DNA of 64,000 nucleotides from Wenzhouxiangellaceae bacterium (GTDB lineage Bacteria; Pseudomonadota; Gammaproteobacteria; Xanthomonadales; Wenzhouxiangellaceae): NCBI GenBank assembly GCA_032251475.1, contig JAVVDX010000001.1, positions 665 to 64,664 of the forward strand, read 5' to 3'. Shown piece by piece: positions 59,477 to 64,000 of this stretch (position 1 is its first letter; each line of letters starts with the position of its first letter). The notes under the pieces were generated by a model. It saw only the letters and a program-made list of their open reading frames with translations, ran no database searches and was not told where the DNA came from. The position numbers and the translations under genes were made by a program.

Positions 59477-60862
59477 TCACGAACCGGTTGTTCCCGTGCC
59501 ACGAAAAGGCATGGCGCGGCCACCGGGGAAGGTGATCCGGAACATCGTGCCGGAACCCAGCTCGCTGTCGGCCTCCAGCGGCCAGCCGAATCGGCGGCAC
59601 AGACGGCTTACGATCGCCAGGCCAAGGCCGTAGCCCTCGTTGGAACGGTCGTGCGCGCGGTAGAACGGCTCGAAAGCGCGTTCCAGATCGGCCTCGCTCA
59701 TGCCGCAGCCGGTATCGCGCACCGTCACCGAATTCCGGTCGATATGCACGCTGACCTGGCCCGAATCGGTGAAGGTCATGGCGTTGCGCAGCAGGTTGTG
59801 GAAGATAATCGCCAGCACCCGCTCGGGTGCCTCGGTCTCGAGCAGGCAATCGGCCGTCAGCCGCGTCTCGACGCCGGGCCGATCGATGGCACCCTTGACC
59901 TGGTCGAATTGCTCGGCGACCAGGTCGTTGAGCACCACGGACGACCAGGCGAGTTTCGACTCGCTCTCGCGCGCCAGGATCAGCAGCGTCTCGACCAGCG
60001 ATTCCATGTCGCGCACTGTGCGCGTCATGCGCGCGACGATCTGGTCGCGCTGCGGTGAATCCGGGAACCTGCGCAACAGATCGACGTTGCCCTTGAGCAC
60101 CGCCAGCGGCGTGCGCAGCTCGTGCGATGCGTTGCGGGTGAAGTTGCGCTCGCGCTGGACGAAGCGCTCGAGCCGGTTGCTGAACTGTTCCAGCGCGTTG
60201 ATCAGCGCCAGCACCTCGGCATCGGTGGTATCGCCGAATTCCTGCAACCGCAGCGCGTCGAAATTGCCTTCCCGGAAATCGAAGCTGCGCACCGCGTCGG
60301 CCAGTTGCACGACCGTCGACACGGCGCGCCGGCTCATCAGGTAGCCGGCCCAGGTCAGCAGGTAGATCAGCAGCAGCACGCCAGTCAGCGGCGCAATGCC
60401 GAACCAGAATGCGAGGCTGGAAACCTGCATCTCGTCGAATACGAGGATCAGCTTCCTGCCGTCGCGCTCGCTGACGTGGACCACCGGATCCGTGTCGGAC
60501 GGCGTGTGTTCTCGGCCGTAGCCGGACTCGGCGCCGCGCAGCCACTCCGGCGCCGGTTCGCGCCCCGGATCACCGACGAGGTAGCCGGTCAGGTTGTCCG
60601 TGTTCGGCAGCGGGAACGAAGGATCCTTCTCGTAGTGGCTCCAGAAGTGCTCGGCCTCGCCGTTGAGCGCCTCGCGCACCAGCACCTGCTCGACCACGAA
60701 CGCGGCCGCCCAGACGCCGAGCGCAGTCGCCACCGAAATCGCGAGGATCTGGATCAGGAACACCCGGACCAGCTTGGTCCGGATGCTGCCCCGGAAGATT
60801 CCCCCGGAAATGTCCGGAAGGACCTTCCGGCGAAGTTGGTCCAGCACGTTCACCGCCAGCAC
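59477..60862 (-). CDS. sensor histidine kinase (ColS-like)
   Basis: Two TM segments, ASHELRTPL, NLLRNA, DTGCG, GYGLGL; start uncertain. Confidence 0.9.
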   Translation of the reverse strand: MLAVNVLDQLRRKVLPDISGGIFRGSIRTKLVRVFLIQILAISVATALGVWAAAFVVEQVLVREALNGEAEHFWSHYEKDPSFPLPNTDNLTGYLVGDPGREPAPEWLRGAESGYGREHTPSDTDPVVHVSERDGRKLILVFDEMQVSSLAFWFGIAPLTGVLLLIYLLTWAGYLMSRRAVSTVVQLADAVRSFDFREGNFDALRLQEFGDTTDAEVLALINALEQFSNRLERFVQRERNFTRNASHELRTPLAVLKGNVDLLRRFPDSPQRDQIVARMTRTVRDMESLVETLLILARESESKLAWSSVVLNDLVAEQFDQVKGAIDRPGVETRLTADCLLETEAPERVLAIIFHNLLRNAMTFTDSGQVSVHIDRNSVTVRDTGCGMSEADLERAFEPFYRAHDRSNEGYGLGLAIVSRLCRRFGWPLEADSELGSGTMFRITFPGGRAMPFRGTGTTGS

Positions 60863-60976
60863 GCACGAAAACGGGCATCGACGACCTGCCGCACGCCGCC
60901 GACCCCGGCCGTGCTTCCCTTTCCCGTCTGTCCGGCGACCGGAGAAGCTTCAATAATTTGCATGACTTTTATTCTG

Positions 60977-60989
60977 TAATTCATTGATA
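60977..60989 (-). promoter_or_regulatory. IHF-consensus site in an AT-rich divergent promoter region
   Basis: TATCAA-TGAA-TTA matches WATCAA-N4-TTR. Confidence 0.4.
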
Positions 60990-61262
60990 TATAATTATTT
61001 TATCGGGACGACGCGGATACGGCCCACGGCGCCGGGCGCCACTGCGACAATCCGGCGCAATCCGAGCCGCGCGGCAGGCGAAGCGGCGATGATAAGGCGA
61101 GGCCACGGTCGGATCTACCTGGTGGATCGAGGGCACGGGCGGCGGGTTCATCACCGGCAATCATTCGCCTCTGCAGTGAATGCGCCGTGAAGCCGCCTCT
61201 CCCGGTCGCCCTTCCCCGCTTGCGCAGGGTATCCTTCCCCCAAGCCCCGAAGGAGACCCGCC

Positions 61263-61703
61263 ATGCGTTACCTGCACACGATGCTGCGCGTCACCGATCT
61301 CGACCGCGCGCTTGATTTCTTCCGCGACAAGCTCGGTCTGGTCGAAGTCCAGCGCAAGGAATCGGAGAAAGGCCGCTTTACGCTGGTGTTCCTCGCCGCG
61401 CCGAAGGACATCGAGCGCGCGAAGTCCGAGAAATCACCGCTGGTCGAACTGACCTGGAACTGGGACCCGGAAGAACTGACCGGGGGCCGCAGCTTCGGCC
61501 ACCTCGCCTACCGCGTCGACGACATCTACGAGACCTGCCAGCGTCTGATGGACGCCGGCGTTACCATCAACCGCCCGCCCCGCGATGGCCACATGGCCTT
61601 CGTCCGATCGCCCGACGGCCATTCGATCGAACTGCTGCAGGAAGGCGAACACCTCGCACCGCGCGAGCCGTGGGCGTCGATGGAAAACACCGGCACCTGG
61701 TAG
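61263..61703 (+). CDS. gloA: lactoylglutathione lyase (glyoxalase I)
   Basis: YLHTMLRV, ELTWNW, FGHLAY, SPDGHSIEL. Confidence 0.9.
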   Translation: MRYLHTMLRVTDLDRALDFFRDKLGLVEVQRKESEKGRFTLVFLAAPKDIERAKSEKSPLVELTWNWDPEELTGGRSFGHLAYRVDDIYETCQRLMDAGVTINRPPRDGHMAFVRSPDGHSIELLQEGEHLAPREPWASMENTGTW

Positions 61704-61715
61704 AAGCGACCGCCG

Positions 61716-61747
61716 CCATCCTGTCCTTCCCCCGCAGCGGGGGAAGG
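61716..61747 (-). repeat. REP-like palindrome, same family as 15782-15816
   Basis: CCATCCTGT-CCTTCCCCCGC-A-GCGGGGGAAGG. Confidence 0.75.
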
Positions 61748-61783
61748 AGCCCGAGCCAGGCTGGTGTGCTCGATGGATCCCGG

Positions 61784-61927
61784 CAAAAGCTCTGAAAAAC
61801 GTAGCGAGCGGGTGGCTGACGGCGGTCGCCGGAGCACAGGAACCGGAATATATATGCCAATACATGAGGATTCCGAGCACCGCCGGACGCCGTCAGGCGC
61901 ACGCGCAGTAGTTTTTCAGAGCTTTTG
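61784..61927 (+). mobile_element. 144-bp rod-like hairpin element with perfect 17-bp terminal inverted repeats, structurally related to the 183-bp family
   Basis: CAAAAGCTCTGAAAAAC ... GTTTTTCAGAGCTTTTG; internal GTAGCGA/GCAGTA and CCGGA/GAGGA loops; abuts the prpD stop. Confidence 0.8.
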
Positions 61928-63379
61928 TTAAATCAACGACCACAATGCCGTCAACTCATGCACCTCCATCTCGACCAGCTCGCGCGGCTTGTGCATCGCG
62001 GTGAGGATGGCATCGGACTGGCGCGCGCCGAAATGGCCGCGGACGGCGGATTCGAATTTCTCCTCCAGCAGCGGAATGCCCTCTTCGCGGCGCCGGCGGT
62101 GGCCGACCGGAAAATCGATCGAAACCTTGTCGGTGCTCGAACCGTCGTTGAAGAACACCTGCACAGAATTGCCGATGGCGCGCTTTTCGGGGTCGAAGTA
62201 TTCTTCGGTGAAGCGCGGGTTCTCGGTCACCGTCATCCTGTCGCGCAACTTGTCGATGCGTGGATCCGAGGCGGCCTTGTCGGAGTAGGACTCGGCCGTC
62301 AGCTCCCCGAAGATCAGCGGGTAGGCGACCATGTACTGGATGCAGTGGTCGCGGTCGGCGTAGTTGTCCAGCGGCCCGGTCTTGTCGATGATCCGGCTGC
62401 CGGCCTCCTGGGTCTCGATCTCGATACGCTCGATTTCCTCGAGCCGGTCCCTGATCTCCGGGTGAAGCTTCAGCGCGCACTCGACCGCCGTCTGGGCGTG
62501 GAACTCGGCCGGGAACGAAATCTTGAAAAGGACATTCTCCATCACGTAGGAGCCCAGATCGCGCTCCAGCACCAGATCCTGGCCCTTGAACAGCACGTCC
62601 TGGAAGCCCCAGCCCTTCGCGGTCAGCGCCGACGGGTAGCCGATCTCGCCCTTGAGCGTGAGCAGCGCCAGCTGCACCGCCCGGCGGCACGCATCGCCGG
62701 CCGCCCAGCTCTTGCGCGGCCCGGTGTTCGGGGCGTGGCGGTAGGTCCGAAGCGCACCGCCGTCGATCCAGGCCTGGCTGACCGCGTTGATCACGTCATT
62801 CCTGGCCCCGCCCAGCATGCGCGTGACGACGGCCGTCGAGGCGACCCTTACCAGCAGCACGTGGTCCAGCCCCACGCGGTTGAACGAGTTCTTCAGCGCC
62901 AGCACGCCCTGGATCTCGTGCGCCTTGACCATCGCCTCGAGGATGGTGTCGACGTTGGGCGCGATATGCCCCTCGGCGATGTCGCTGCGGGCGATATAGT
63001 CGGCCACGGCGAGGATCGCGCCGAGGTTGTCGGACGGGTGTCCCCACTCGGCCGCCAGCCACGTGTCGTTGAAATCGAGATACCGCACCAGCACGCCGAT
63101 GTTGAACGCCGCCTGGGCCGGATCGAGCTCGAAGTGCGTCCCCGGCACCCGCGCCCCGCCGGGAAGGTCCGCGCCCGGCACGATCGGGCCGAGCAGCTTC
63201 ACGCATTCGGGAAACCTGAGCGCCAGCATCGCGCAGGCCAGCGAGTCCTTCAGGCAGTAATGCGCCGTCTCCAGTGCCTCGTCGGAGCGAATCTCGGTTT
63301 CGCAGACGTAATCGGCAATCTGCTGGATCAGTGCATCGGGCTCGGGCCGCTTCGCGGCGCGGATATCGGTCTCGGACAT
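61928..63379 (-). CDS. prpD: 2-methylcitrate dehydratase
   Basis: DFNDTWLAAEWGHPSDN, YRHAPNTGPRKSWAAGDA, FPAEFHAQT. Confidence 0.96.
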   Translation of the reverse strand: MSETDIRAAKRPEPDALIQQIADYVCETEIRSDEALETAHYCLKDSLACAMLALRFPECVKLLGPIVPGADLPGGARVPGTHFELDPAQAAFNIGVLVRYLDFNDTWLAAEWGHPSDNLGAILAVADYIARSDIAEGHIAPNVDTILEAMVKAHEIQGVLALKNSFNRVGLDHVLLVRVASTAVVTRMLGGARNDVINAVSQAWIDGGALRTYRHAPNTGPRKSWAAGDACRRAVQLALLTLKGEIGYPSALTAKGWGFQDVLFKGQDLVLERDLGSYVMENVLFKISFPAEFHAQTAVECALKLHPEIRDRLEEIERIEIETQEAGSRIIDKTGPLDNYADRDHCIQYMVAYPLIFGELTAESYSDKAASDPRIDKLRDRMTVTENPRFTEEYFDPEKRAIGNSVQVFFNDGSSTDKVSIDFPVGHRRRREEGIPLLEEKFESAVRGHFGARQSDAILTAMHKPRELVEMEVHELTALWSLI

Positions 63380-63534
63380 GCGCGGGTTCCTGTCGGTACG
63401 GAGTGAGGAAATCCACTTATTTTATCAGCCCATTATCCTCCGGTGCCGCACCTGCGCGGCCAAAACCGTCAGCGAAAATTCCAGGCTCCGAAGAGATTGA
63501 TCAGATCCGCATAATAGCTGCTCTCCTCACCGAT

Positions 63535-63984
63535 TCAGAGCTGCTTACGCTGCGTTACCACGCCCCGGCCGGCACTGTCCGTTTCGAACCCTGTGATAAC
63601 GAAGCCGAACTGCAGGTTGAGAATGATCATCGGCGTGTTCGATGTGCGAGTGCGCGTCTCGATCCGCTCAAAGCCAAGACCGTGCGCCCAATCATGCTGC
63701 GCAGCCATAAGCCGTGACGCGATCCCCTGTCGGCGGCAGTCTGGCTGTACTGCACCGAGCCAGCTGTAGAACAGACTCTTCCCGCGACGGTATCCCATCT
63801 TGAAACCGACCAACTCGTTCGCTCGGCGGGCCTCTACCAGCACCGGATCGGCAATATGCGGGAGACGATCAAGCAGGTAGCAAGCATCGAAATCAGGAAA
63901 TGCGTCGTGACAGAGCGCGACGATCTCGTCGCCCACGTTCACCTCGTCGCCACTGAAAACCCTTATCGTTATTCCTCTCGACAT
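63535..63984 (-). CDS. GNAT family N-acetyltransferase
   Basis: FYSWLGAV...RRQGIA acetyl-CoA motif, N..M...L..GF. Confidence 0.8.
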   Translation of the reverse strand: MSRGITIRVFSGDEVNVGDEIVALCHDAFPDFDACYLLDRLPHIADPVLVEARRANELVGFKMGYRRGKSLFYSWLGAVQPDCRRQGIASRLMAAQHDWAHGLGFERIETRTRTSNTPMIILNLQFGFVITGFETDSAGRGVVTQRKQL

Positions 63985-64000
63985 CGAGTCATCCCCGTGC

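Overview
GC-rich gammaproteobacterial chromosome segment. Gene content and order suggest a Xanthomonadales/Chromatiales-type organism, possibly Wenzhouxiangella-like (inference). Main blocks: (1) 1.1-11.3 kb, a sigma-54-driven MacAB/ADOP-type exporter operon with an NtrC/NtrY-like two-component system. It is decaying (5 of 7 genes broken) but contains an intact OXA-2-like class D beta-lactamase bounded by an exact 10-bp direct repeat. (2) Metabolic and detoxification genes (prpE, frmA-fghA, O-methyltransferase, UDG-like, gloA, prpD) and a GAF plus degenerate-GGDEF protein. (3) Housekeeping blocks: clpB, kefB-like, eno-kdsA-pyrG, pgeF-rluD-bamD, queC, ligA-zipA-smc, queF, bolA-yciI, scpAB-rluB. 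(4) An FHA protein, a Ser/Thr kinase-sensor-HAMP protein and a LysM/TPR lipoprotein. (5) A merged mevalonate-squalene-hopanoid cluster with an HMG-CoA reductase-mevalonate kinase fusion and no HMG-CoA synthase. The intergenic spaces hold several small repeat families. The most notable is a set of four 144-183-bp rod-like hairpin elements with two different terminal-repeat types. They share internal loops (GUA/GUA E-loop, CCGGA/GAGGA) and strand-specific G-U wobbles, which suggests a mobile structured RNA or ssDNA. No rRNA, tRNA, CRISPR array, transposase or integrase was recognised. All calls come from manual motif reading, not database searches.
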